From positions 3,808,001 to 3,872,000 of the forward strand of contig OZ242318.1 of the NCBI GenBank assembly GCA_965208105.1: a stretch of 64,000 nt of DNA, given 5' to 3'. Under the pieces are notes generated by a model, which was not told the DNA's origin, searched no databases, and saw only the letters and a list, made by a program, of their open reading frames with translations. The number at the start of each line of letters is the position of its first letter. The stretch's first letter is position 1. Of this stretch, positions 46,291 to 54,792 are shown piece by piece. The translations under genes were made by a program, and so were the position numbers. Origin of the DNA: Candidatus Latescibacterota bacterium (lineage in GTDB: Bacteria; Latescibacterota; UBA2968; UBA8231).

Positions 46291-47697
46291 ATGACCAACC
46301 AGATTATTCATGCCCGTTCCCGCCGCCTGTTGATTTTCGCAGGCGTCGCTCTTTTGGTTCACGGCGTGTTGGTGGTGGCCATTACCTACCGCGAAGTGTT
46401 GGAGCGGCCTGAGCCCGTGCTGTCGGGCAAGTTCGTCAAGCGCCGGCCCTTGCAGCAGCCGTATCTGGAGCGCCGGGTCGAGCGGCCTGCGCCCCTGCCT
46501 GTCCTCAAGCGTTCGGTGACCGCCTCGCGTCCCTATGCGCGCTCGACGGTTCAGTACACCCTTGCCCCGGTTCACCCCCAACTGCTCGGCGCCCGGCTCG
46601 AGGTGCCGGAGCTGCCGGCGCGCCCACTCTCATTGGCCAGGAGCCTTCCCTCCAGCGGGCGTTTGCGCTCCCTTCCCACCGAGGTGTCGGTGCAGGCGGC
46701 GGATCACCTGGATCTGGGGCTGGAGTTGCTGGACATCGACCATCTGGATACGGGTCGCTACCGGGCCCTGGTGGTGCAGGATCCGGCTGACCGCCGCAAT
46801 CTGGAAGGGTACGTGCACTTTTCGGCGGTGGCCATTCCCTCGGTGCGGCGCATGGAGGGCGAGAACTGGGGACCGACTACCCTGCCGGGCTTGGCGCGCG
46901 CTGTGGATCGCGAGATAGCCATTTTTCCAGATTTGCGCCACAGCGCCAACATCCGCGCCCTGGCGTCCCTGGCGGCTGAACTGGAGGAGCAGACGGGATT
47001 GAAGGCAGTGTTGGACGAGGATCTGGACTTGCAGTCGCCGGCGGTGCTGGAGAGTCCGTTCATCCTGCTGACCAGTGGCCGCCCGTTCGAGCCGAGCGCG
47101 GAGGAGGCGGAGCAACTGGGCAGGTATCTGGTGTCGGGCGGGTTCGCCTACGTGGAGCAGGTGGGTGCGGAGTATCCGGAGTGGAAGCATGGCTCCTTCC
47201 GCGATCTGCACTCTCTGCGGGACTTGATTCGCATGGCCCTGGCAAGCCAGGGTTTGGGGGAAGGCGTGGACTGGAGTTTCGAGCCCCTCGATGGCTACCA
47301 TCCCCTGTTTCACAGTTACTACGACATCGGCACCTTGCCGACCAGCTACTGGAGGGCGATTTGGGCAAATGTTTTTGGTGAGGCCAGTGGGGTAGCTCAG
47401 GGGACGCTTGAACCGTCGCCGACCTTTGAGGGCATCCCGCCCTATCTCGAAGGCATCCACCTGGATGGCCGCCTCGTGCTGGTCTATTCGCAGCAGAACT
47501 ACCGTGATTTCTGGTGGCGGCGTCCGGAGCGCCATTTGACCCGAGCGGCGGAGACCCTGATATGGGATTTCAACCAGTCTCCGCTCCACCGTCCGAGCAG
47601 CGATCCGGCGATCCGGCTGGGGATCAACGTGGTGGTGTTCGCGCTGACCCAGGAGGGATCGTTGGCTAGGCGCTACGTCAAGCGCGGTAATTCATGA
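46291..47697 (+). CDS. Membrane-anchored DUF4159 domain protein, copy 2
   Basis: Near-identical to copy 1 outside four variable segments. Confidence 0.8.
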   Translation: MTNQIIHARSRRLLIFAGVALLVHGVLVVAITYREVLERPEPVLSGKFVKRRPLQQPYLERRVERPAPLPVLKRSVTASRPYARSTVQYTLAPVHPQLLGARLEVPELPARPLSLARSLPSSGRLRSLPTEVSVQAADHLDLGLELLDIDHLDTGRYRALVVQDPADRRNLEGYVHFSAVAIPSVRRMEGENWGPTTLPGLARAVDREIAIFPDLRHSANIRALASLAAELEEQTGLKAVLDEDLDLQSPAVLESPFILLTSGRPFEPSAEEAEQLGRYLVSGGFAYVEQVGAEYPEWKHGSFRDLHSLRDLIRMALASQGLGEGVDWSFEPLDGYHPLFHSYYDIGTLPTSYWRAIWANVFGEASGVAQGTLEPSPTFEGIPPYLEGIHLDGRLVLVYSQQNYRDFWWRRPERHLTRAAETLIWDFNQSPLHRPSSDPAIRLGINVVVFALTQEGSLARRYVKRGNS

Positions 47698-47736
47698 TAC
47701 TCTGAGTCTCGCACGGTTTCCGTCCTTCTGCGGCAG
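47694..47736 (+). pseudogene. Degraded 5-prime remnant of a discoidin/FlgD gene
   Basis: ATGA overlap as at 50451; ATG ATA CTC TGA followed by ..ctcgcac..ctgcggcag, resembling the starts of 43990 and 50451. Confidence 0.55.
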
Positions 47737-47872
47737 CATAAGAAAAAAGTGCGAGTAAGAAGACATTCAATTTATGCGGGGATTCCCCTTTTGTCCGGCT
47801 GGGCTGTGCAACCTGTTCTTCAGAGATTCTGTTTCGTGAATTGTATTACACTTTGTGCCGAGAGAATTGCTT

Positions 47873-48381
47873 ATGATCAGGTATATTTTGTTGGCATGTT
47901 TTCATTTTCTTCTTTTTCACTGCGCCCGCGAAGGAGAGAATCCCCTGCCCATAGAGCCCATCCAGATTCTCCCAGACTACGATCTTGAGGCAACGTCCTT
48001 AGAATTCCGGATTGATCCTGAAAAGGCCCTACCACTGCCTTTCGCGTGGGCCAAGACGTGTGGGTGCGTTATGTAATAAAGAACCTTGGATTGCAAACTG
48101 TATCCATGAGAGCCAATTCATATTCCTTGCGCCAAAATGAAAAACTCGTCAGGTCGGCCGTGGATGAGTGGGGGGTTTGGCACGGCCTAAGAGGCTCGCC
48201 ACTGGCGTCTGGAGACTCACTGAGGTTAGGGCTCTCTCCCCCATATTCCTCCCGTGAATGGACCTTCACGGAACAGCCCGGCATCTATGAACTCAAGTTG
48301 AAAGTCTTTCTACATCCTCGGTACGAGGAGGAGAACAAAGACAACAACCAATTTACCGTGACGGTCGAGGTGAGAGAGTAG
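47873..48381 (+). pseudogene. Small CARDB-like putative lipoprotein, copy A3, frameshifted near 48025
   Basis: The N-terminal part (CAREGENPLP..DLEATSLEFR) and the C-terminal part (GQDVWVRY..PGIYELKL..NNQFTVTVEV) are in different frames; one base is missing at AAAAGGCCCT relative to A1/A2. Confidence 0.75.
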
Positions 48382-48397
48382 TACAGATGAGGATCGG

Positions 48398-48916
48398 ATG
48401 AAAATCCGCGAGATTCGGAAACGCTCTCAGCGCTGGATGGAAAAACCGGCATTGCTGGCATGCCTGTCGGTTTTTTTTCTGTGCTGTTCACGTGCCGGCG
48501 AAAACCCTTTGCCGATCGAACCCCTTCTTCCCCGTTCCGAGTACGACCTGGAAGCGTCGGAATTAAAGATCCAGAATCAACAAGGTGGACCGCATAGACC
48601 GAGGATAAAAATAGGCGCAGATGTCTGGATCTTTACCAGTATATGCAACGTGGGACTACAGCCCATCCCTGGCGCGTACTACGGAGAGTCTCTGGAGGTA
48701 AACGGCAAAATCGTACACCGGCATTCATTAGGTGTATATTCATCTTTTGGACCATTGGCGCCTGGAGGATGCAACAAAGGGGCGGTAAGTTTATCGCGGA
48801 TGCCGGAGGAGCCGGGTCGATACGAGTTCAAGTTCCAAGTGCATCTCTCTTCCAGGCTTGAGGAGGAGAACAAGGACAACAATGAGTTGGTGTTGGTAGT
48901 CGAAGTGGAACAATAG
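48398..48916 (+). CDS. Small CARDB-like putative lipoprotein, copy A4 (alternative start 48437)
   Basis: CSRAGENPLP, YDLEAS, CNVG, LAPGGC and EPGRYEF..EENKDNNELVLVVEV motifs. Confidence 0.7.
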   Translation: MKIREIRKRSQRWMEKPALLACLSVFFLCCSRAGENPLPIEPLLPRSEYDLEASELKIQNQQGGPHRPRIKIGADVWIFTSICNVGLQPIPGAYYGESLEVNGKIVHRHSLGVYSSFGPLAPGGCNKGAVSLSRMPEEPGRYEFKFQVHLSSRLEEENKDNNELVLVVEVEQ

Positions 48917-48989
48917 GCACGCTCGATTGCGGGCAGTGCGCTCGCGGACGGAGGCCGGCAAACGCTTCCAAGGGCTCCAGGGGCACGGC

Positions 48990-49028
48990 GGCAACCTATT
49001 CACCCTTACGGTCGAGGTGAAAGACTAG
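48990..49028 (+). pseudogene. 3-prime remnant of a small lipoprotein gene (A1/A2 type)
   Basis: Encodes GNLFTLTVEVKD*, compared with DNVFTLTVEVKE* of A1, immediately before DUF4159 copy 3. Confidence 0.7.
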
Positions 49029-49044
49029 TGAGGATGAGGATCGA

Positions 49045-50454
49045 ATGAGAAACCGCAAAATGCGGGGTCGCACTCAGCGCTGGTGGTTTTTCATCGGCGT
49101 CGCTCTCCTGGTTCACGGCGTGTTGGTGGTGGCCATTACCTACCGCGAAGTGTTGGAGCGGCCTGAGCCCGTGCTGTCGGGCAAGTTCGTCAAGCGCCGG
49201 CCCTTGCAGCAGCCGTATCTGGAGCGCCGGGTCGAGCGGCCTGCGCCCCTGCCTGTCCTCAAGCGTTCGGTGACCGCCTCGCGTCCCTATGCGCGCTCGA
49301 CGGTTCAGTACACCCTTGCCCCGGTTCATCCCCAACTGCTCGGCGCCCGGCTCGAGGTGCCGGAGCTGCCGGCGCGCCCCCTCTCATTGGCCAGGGGCCT
49401 TCCCTCCAGCGGGCGCTTGCGCTCCCTTCCCACCGAGGTGTCGGTGCAGGCGGCGGATCATCTGGATCTGGGGCTGGAGTTGCTGGACATCGACCATCTG
49501 GATACTGGTCGCTACCGGGCCCTGGTGGTGCAGGACCCTGCTGACCGCCGCAATCTGGAAGGGTACGTGCACTTTTCGGCGGTGGCCATTCCCTCGGTGC
49601 GGCGCATGGAGGGCGAGGACTGGGGCCCGTGGACGTGGGAGTCCATAGCGCGCAGCGTGGATCGGGAGATGTCCACATTTCCCGATTTGCTCCACAGCGC
49701 CAATATCCGCGCCCTGGCGTCCCTGGCGGCTGAACTGGAGGAGCAGACGGGGTTGAAGGCGGTGTTGGACGAGGATCTGGACTTGCAGTCGCCGGCGGTG
49801 CTGGAGAGTCCGTTCATCCTGCTGACCAGCGGCCGCCCGTTCGAGCCGAGCGTGGAGGAGGCGGAGCAACTGGGCCGATACCTGGCGTCGGGCGGGTTCG
49901 CCTACGTGGAGCAGGTGGGCGCGCCGTGGCCGGAGCTTCAGCAAGGCACCTTCCGCGACCTGCACTCCCTGCGCGACCTGATTCGCATGGCCCTGGCAAG
50001 CCAGGGCTTGAGTGAGGGTACGGACTGGAGTTTCGAGCCCCTTGGTCACGACCATGCCCTGTTTCACAGTTACTACGACATCGAAACCCTGCCCACCAAC
50101 TACTGGCGAGCAATCTGGGCAGATGTGAGTGGTCTTAGGGCGGTGGGAGTGGCTAGTGGAGGGCTTACACCGTCGCCGACTTTCGAGGGAATCCCGCCCT
50201 ATTTGGAGGGGATTCACCTGGATGGCCGCCTGGTGCTGGTCTATTCGCAGCAGAACTACCGTGATTTCTGGTGGCGGCGTCCGGAGCGCCATTTGACCCG
50301 AGCGGCCGAGCCCCTGATATGGAACTTCAATGAATCTCCGCTCCACCGTCCGAGCAGCGATCCGGCGATCCGGCTGGGGATCAACGTGGTGGTGTTCGCG
50401 CTGACCCAGGAGGGATCGTTGGCTCGTCGCTACGTCAAGCGGGGCAAATCATGA
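49045..50454 (+). CDS. Membrane-anchored DUF4159 domain protein, copy 3
   Basis: Different first 15 or so residues, then near-identical to copies 1 and 2 outside the variable segments. Confidence 0.8.
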   Translation: MRNRKMRGRTQRWWFFIGVALLVHGVLVVAITYREVLERPEPVLSGKFVKRRPLQQPYLERRVERPAPLPVLKRSVTASRPYARSTVQYTLAPVHPQLLGARLEVPELPARPLSLARGLPSSGRLRSLPTEVSVQAADHLDLGLELLDIDHLDTGRYRALVVQDPADRRNLEGYVHFSAVAIPSVRRMEGEDWGPWTWESIARSVDREMSTFPDLLHSANIRALASLAAELEEQTGLKAVLDEDLDLQSPAVLESPFILLTSGRPFEPSVEEAEQLGRYLASGGFAYVEQVGAPWPELQQGTFRDLHSLRDLIRMALASQGLSEGTDWSFEPLGHDHALFHSYYDIETLPTNYWRAIWADVSGLRAVGVASGGLTPSPTFEGIPPYLEGIHLDGRLVLVYSQQNYRDFWWRRPERHLTRAAEPLIWNFNESPLHRPSSDPAIRLGINVVVFALTQEGSLARRYVKRGKS

Positions 50455-52136
50455 TACCCTGGGGGCTGGCACTCCTCGCGGTCCTGGTGCGGCAGGGAGC
50501 GGCGGACCAGTGGGTGACCGCCGGCGCCGAGGACTTCGCCCTGGGGACCCTCGAAGGGGTGGAGGTCTCGGCCGCCGGCAGGTTGCGCCTGACCTCTTTC
50601 GAAGGGCTCAACTTGGCTTTGGATAGGGCGGCCAGGTCGGGCAGCCAGGAGCTGACTCGTTCCTTCAGCGTTACCGACGGTAACCTTAAAACCGAATGGA
50701 GATTCGACGGCCAAGCCCGGGTCATGGGCCGGACCATCGAGATCGATCTGGGCGGCAACCGACTCGTCAGCCGGGTGCGCATTCTTCCCGGCGGCAAGCT
50801 GGGGGAACTGAATCCACTGTTTTTTCTAAGGGGCTACCGCATTGACGTTGCCGCCGCCAACGCCCCCGACCTCTGGATTCCAGTGGCCGAGAATCTCCTC
50901 AACCAGAACCGCTTCATCGACACAACTCTCGACAACACCTGGATGGAATTCGAGCAGGGCGAGCCCAGGCCGGTCATGGCCCGTTACGTGCGTATAACAG
51001 TAACTCGGGAGGACCTGCCCAACTGGGTGATCGTCGGTGAGGTGGAGGTCTACGGCACCGGATTCAAGCCCGCCGGTGAATATGCCTCCCCCCCCTACGA
51101 AGTAGGCACCGAGGTCTCCCACGCCAACCTGGGCACCTTGATCTGGCGCGCCGATTTGCCGCCAGGGACCAAACTGAGCTGGCAGATCTATGCTTCGCGC
51201 CAGGAGGACCCACAACCCAAATGGGAGGAGATTCCCATCATTGAAAAAGGGGACGGCACCGCTGGTATCGATTTGCAGATGGAAGAACGCGCACGATACG
51301 TGTGGTACAGGGTTTTGTTCGAAACCGTCGATTCCCGCCTCAGCCCGGAGCTGGAAGAGGTGGTGATCACCTTCGACCGGAGCTTGATCGCCACTACGAC
51401 TTACGGTTCGGTCGAGCCCCGCCTAGTAGCGGCGGGGGAGCCGGTGTCCCTTACCTACAAGGCCACCATCGAGGTGGAACCCCAGGACTACGGGGTGGAT
51501 ATGCTCATTCTCAACCGCTGGGGCGAGCTCGAAGAGCTTTTGATCGACGGTACGAGGGTTCCACCCGGCGGGTATGAAATCATCGGCGACGAGGTCTCGG
51601 TGCAGAGGCCGAATATATCCCTGCGTCTGCACCCGGACTATCGCATTGAAGGCCGCGCCGAAATAGAGTTGAGGTTCACCACCGCGTTCCTCAAGGGACC
51701 CGAGGTGGTGACCCTTTTTCTCGGGACTTTCGCGGATGGAGCGGATCCGACAAACCTGCAGCCGGTTTCTCCGCAGTCAGCGGGAAGGACCCTGGTTGCC
51801 GTTTCCGGGACCACGGGAAGCGTCCTCTCCCAGTCCAGCGTGCGCCTCGACCCGCGGATTTTCCGACCCGGCCCCGGCGGAGGTACCCGGCTTCACTTCG
51901 ATCTGGCCAAGGTGTGGGTGCCGGTGCCGGTGAGCGTGGCCATCTTCGATCTCTCCGGGCGCCGCGTCCGCACTCTGTTGGAGGATGCCCTGCTGCAGTC
52001 GGGCCCCATTGTCGTCCCCTTTGACGGCTATGACGGCGGTGGTCGGGTGTTGCCTCCCGGCATTTACCTTTGCCGCATCAAGGTCAGGGCCCAACGCCCG
52101 GTGACCGTGCTTCGCACCCTCGGCATTGCCTACTGA
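50451..52136 (+). CDS. Secreted discoidin-like/FlgD-Ig protein, copy 2
   Basis: Same length (561 aa) and colinear with 43990..45675; ATGA overlap with DUF4159 copy 3. Confidence 0.75.
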   Translation: MIPWGLALLAVLVRQGAADQWVTAGAEDFALGTLEGVEVSAAGRLRLTSFEGLNLALDRAARSGSQELTRSFSVTDGNLKTEWRFDGQARVMGRTIEIDLGGNRLVSRVRILPGGKLGELNPLFFLRGYRIDVAAANAPDLWIPVAENLLNQNRFIDTTLDNTWMEFEQGEPRPVMARYVRITVTREDLPNWVIVGEVEVYGTGFKPAGEYASPPYEVGTEVSHANLGTLIWRADLPPGTKLSWQIYASRQEDPQPKWEEIPIIEKGDGTAGIDLQMEERARYVWYRVLFETVDSRLSPELEEVVITFDRSLIATTTYGSVEPRLVAAGEPVSLTYKATIEVEPQDYGVDMLILNRWGELEELLIDGTRVPPGGYEIIGDEVSVQRPNISLRLHPDYRIEGRAEIELRFTTAFLKGPEVVTLFLGTFADGADPTNLQPVSPQSAGRTLVAVSGTTGSVLSQSSVRLDPRIFRPGPGGGTRLHFDLAKVWVPVPVSVAIFDLSGRRVRTLLEDALLQSGPIVVPFDGYDGGGRVLPPGIYLCRIKVRAQRPVTVLRTLGIAY

Positions 52137-52152
52137 ACAAAAGGGAGTTGCC

Positions 52153-54783
52153 ATGAGGAGAAATTTCGGATGGGTGTTGTTGGTCCCTTGCCTATGGGTC
52201 ATTCCTGGCGCCTCCCAGGAGGAAGACCTCCACGCTGGTTTCCTCAAGCGCTCCCAACTCGATGAGTATCGCAACTACGCCGAGTACGCCTACTATCCCT
52301 ATCGCACCCGGCTGCGGGTGGACCCGCGATACAATTTTTTCGGCGATTTCCTGGCGGAGGGGTTCCGGGCCTTCCGCCTCGACGACCAGCGTCCGGGCAA
52401 GAGTATCGTCGGCAAGGACAACGTCTACCGCGGCATGTTCAGCAACCTGATCCTGGCGCGCACTTCCTACGGTCGCTTCAACGTGGCTCTGAGCGTGGGA
52501 GACGAAATCCGCAACCACATCACCCCGCTCACCATGAAACGGGCCGGATTCAATGGCCTGCGCTGGGATCTGGAATTCACCAACAATCGGGTGACCTTCC
52601 TGGCCTCCCGCGGCTTCGACAGCGAGGAGTATCCCACCTTCGACTCCTTCTCCACCCCCATAGAGCGGGATGCCCTGCGCCCTGCCTTGATCGAGGAGAT
52701 TCAGGTTGTCGAGGACAATCCGGTCTACACCTTCGGCGGACACTGGGCCACCCAGGTGGGCCACGTGCTATCCCTCGGAGGCACCTTCATCAACCAGCAA
52801 CAGATCAACGCCACCGCCCTGCGGGAAGACAGTTTCCTCAGCGGCGGCGTTCCCTATCCCGAAATTCTGCCCCCAAAAGAGTTGCTGTTGCGGGTCACCG
52901 ACGACTCGCCTCTGGACGGAGGAGGCGCCGCCGTTTTCGCGGTGACTCTGGAGCTGAAGGCCAGGGTCGTCGGATACGGCGATACCCTGCTCAGCAGCGA
53001 TCCCGCAAGTCCGCACTTCAGCCGCCCCCTGATGCCCACGGTCGTAGGCGGCAGAAGGAGTGGGGGACACTGGACCGTCCACGGTTCGGACGAGCTCCTT
53101 TTCGTCTTCAGCTTGCCCGAAGACCTCATCCCGGTGAGTGCCCGCTACCGGATCGTTGTGGCCAACGATTACCACATCGCCGGGGCCCAGAGGCACGTCT
53201 TCTTTCACACCTTGCAGAGACGCGAAACGCCGTTCATGACATTAATCCGGTCCAGCGACAACATCCGCGATTATTCCAACCAGAAGGAGGTCGTCCTCGA
53301 TTGGGGGCTCAACAGCGGACAATCCCTCTACGGCATCAACTTTTCGGCGGACCTGGTGGGCTTCAAGCTCGAGGGCGAGCTCTCCATGAATTCCCTCTAC
53401 CGCAAGTTTCCCGTGGTCTCGGGGCAGAGCCTGACCACGCCGACAAAAGCCTGGTACCTCCACGCCCTGAAGAGTTTCCGGAGCTGGTACGACCTCACTC
53501 TCGGAGGCGAATTCTTCTATATGGGACCGCGCTACGGCGGAGGCTACGACAGCCGCCGCGGCGGTCTGGTGCTCTATACAGACACCGGCGGTCCTACCGG
53601 CGTCAGTCCGACCACTGCCGAATACATCCTGATGGACGACAACGACGACAATGACCGCTACGCCGACGACAACGAAAACGACTTTGCGGATGCCCTGGCT
53701 CTGGAAGCCGGGGTCTACCCGGGCCTCGACGAGGACAACGACAACATCCCCGACGACGACCGCAACGCCAACGGCGTCCCCGACTTCGAGGAGCCCTTTC
53801 TGCTCTATTTCTCCGATCCCCAGGAGTTCGTCTATGGCCTTGACATGAACAACAACGGCGTCATCGACGTGCGCGAGAACGACGACAAGCCGGACTATCC
53901 CTACGACCGCGACCGCCGGGGCCAGCATTACACCACCGCGCTTCGGCCCGCGCCAGGCCTTGAAGTCGTCGCCGGACACTACCGCATGCGCGCCATTACC
54001 TCCGGCGCCCGCGCCATCTCCTCCTACCTCAAGGGGAGCTACCGCTACCTTCGGGACAAACGCCTGGAGGTGCGGCTGAACCACGATTCCAAACGCGTCA
54101 AGGACAATATTCCCGACCCCGTCTATGTCTTCGATCCGGCCCGCGTGATCACCCCGGTGGACCCGCCCCAGCCGGATCCCATGCTGCAGCAGGACAGCTG
54201 GGTCCATACCTCCTTCGCCAGCGTCCGCTTCATCCGCTACGCGCCGCTGAATCTGGAGTCCAACTTCAAGGTGATACACAACCGTGCCCGGGACCTGGAG
54301 CACACCGACGTGGTGGAGGCCGACCGGCGCAATACCTTCACCATGGTGAACAAAGCGGACTACCGCTGGCAGCGGGGAAATCTGACCGTATGGCCGATGT
54401 ACAAACGTCTGTGGCAGAAGGTCACGGTGAAGTCCCGGGACCACCCCTTGCTCTCGCAGGTGCAATCGGTGCCCATCCTGCGGGTGGATTACCGAATCAC
54501 CGACGATTTGAAGTTGCAGTTCGGGCAGCAGGGGATTCGCCTGGGTCCTGTGGACAGGCTCCTGACCTTTCGCTCCCGGGACCGGGTACAGACCTTCCGC
54601 AGTTTTTCCTCCACCGACTTCATGTTCATGCTCACGGTGAGGGGCAGCTACCTTGGCAACGTCCTCACCGCAAATTCGGGCATCCAGGTCCAGAACCGCA
54701 AATTCGATGAACTGAGCGCCGGTCAAGAGCTGCAGTTCACTCGTTTCTTCGTGGACGTAGTGGCCGGCTTCGAGCACTACTGA
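52153..54783 (+). CDS. Putative outer-membrane beta-barrel protein with Asp-rich repeats
   Basis: AGGGAG RBS; signal peptide; DDNDDNDRYADD, GLDEDNDNIPDDDRNANGVPDF and DMNNNGVID motifs; ends FTRFFVDVVAGFEHY. Confidence 0.65.
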   Translation: MRRNFGWVLLVPCLWVIPGASQEEDLHAGFLKRSQLDEYRNYAEYAYYPYRTRLRVDPRYNFFGDFLAEGFRAFRLDDQRPGKSIVGKDNVYRGMFSNLILARTSYGRFNVALSVGDEIRNHITPLTMKRAGFNGLRWDLEFTNNRVTFLASRGFDSEEYPTFDSFSTPIERDALRPALIEEIQVVEDNPVYTFGGHWATQVGHVLSLGGTFINQQQINATALREDSFLSGGVPYPEILPPKELLLRVTDDSPLDGGGAAVFAVTLELKARVVGYGDTLLSSDPASPHFSRPLMPTVVGGRRSGGHWTVHGSDELLFVFSLPEDLIPVSARYRIVVANDYHIAGAQRHVFFHTLQRRETPFMTLIRSSDNIRDYSNQKEVVLDWGLNSGQSLYGINFSADLVGFKLEGELSMNSLYRKFPVVSGQSLTTPTKAWYLHALKSFRSWYDLTLGGEFFYMGPRYGGGYDSRRGGLVLYTDTGGPTGVSPTTAEYILMDDNDDNDRYADDNENDFADALALEAGVYPGLDEDNDNIPDDDRNANGVPDFEEPFLLYFSDPQEFVYGLDMNNNGVIDVRENDDKPDYPYDRDRRGQHYTTALRPAPGLEVVAGHYRMRAITSGARAISSYLKGSYRYLRDKRLEVRLNHDSKRVKDNIPDPVYVFDPARVITPVDPPQPDPMLQQDSWVHTSFASVRFIRYAPLNLESNFKVIHNRARDLEHTDVVEADRRNTFTMVNKADYRWQRGNLTVWPMYKRLWQKVTVKSRDHPLLSQVQSVPILRVDYRITDDLKLQFGQQGIRLGPVDRLLTFRSRDRVQTFRSFSSTDFMFMLTVRGSYLGNVLTANSGIQVQNRKFDELSAGQELQFTRFFVDVVAGFEHY

Positions 54784-54792
54784 ACCGAACCC

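Noticed and set aside
42583-50454. Diversity-generating retroelement as the source of DUF4159 variation
   Set aside because: No reverse transcriptase or non-coding template repeat is visible in the window. The differences include an indel and many third-position changes, and are spread over four internal blocks rather than one C-terminal VR. A remote DGR is not formally excluded.
42059-50454. Polymorphic toxin-immunity array
   Set aside because: No recognisable toxin domain or swapped C-terminal tip is present; the variation lies in internal segments of an otherwise constant membrane-anchored protein.
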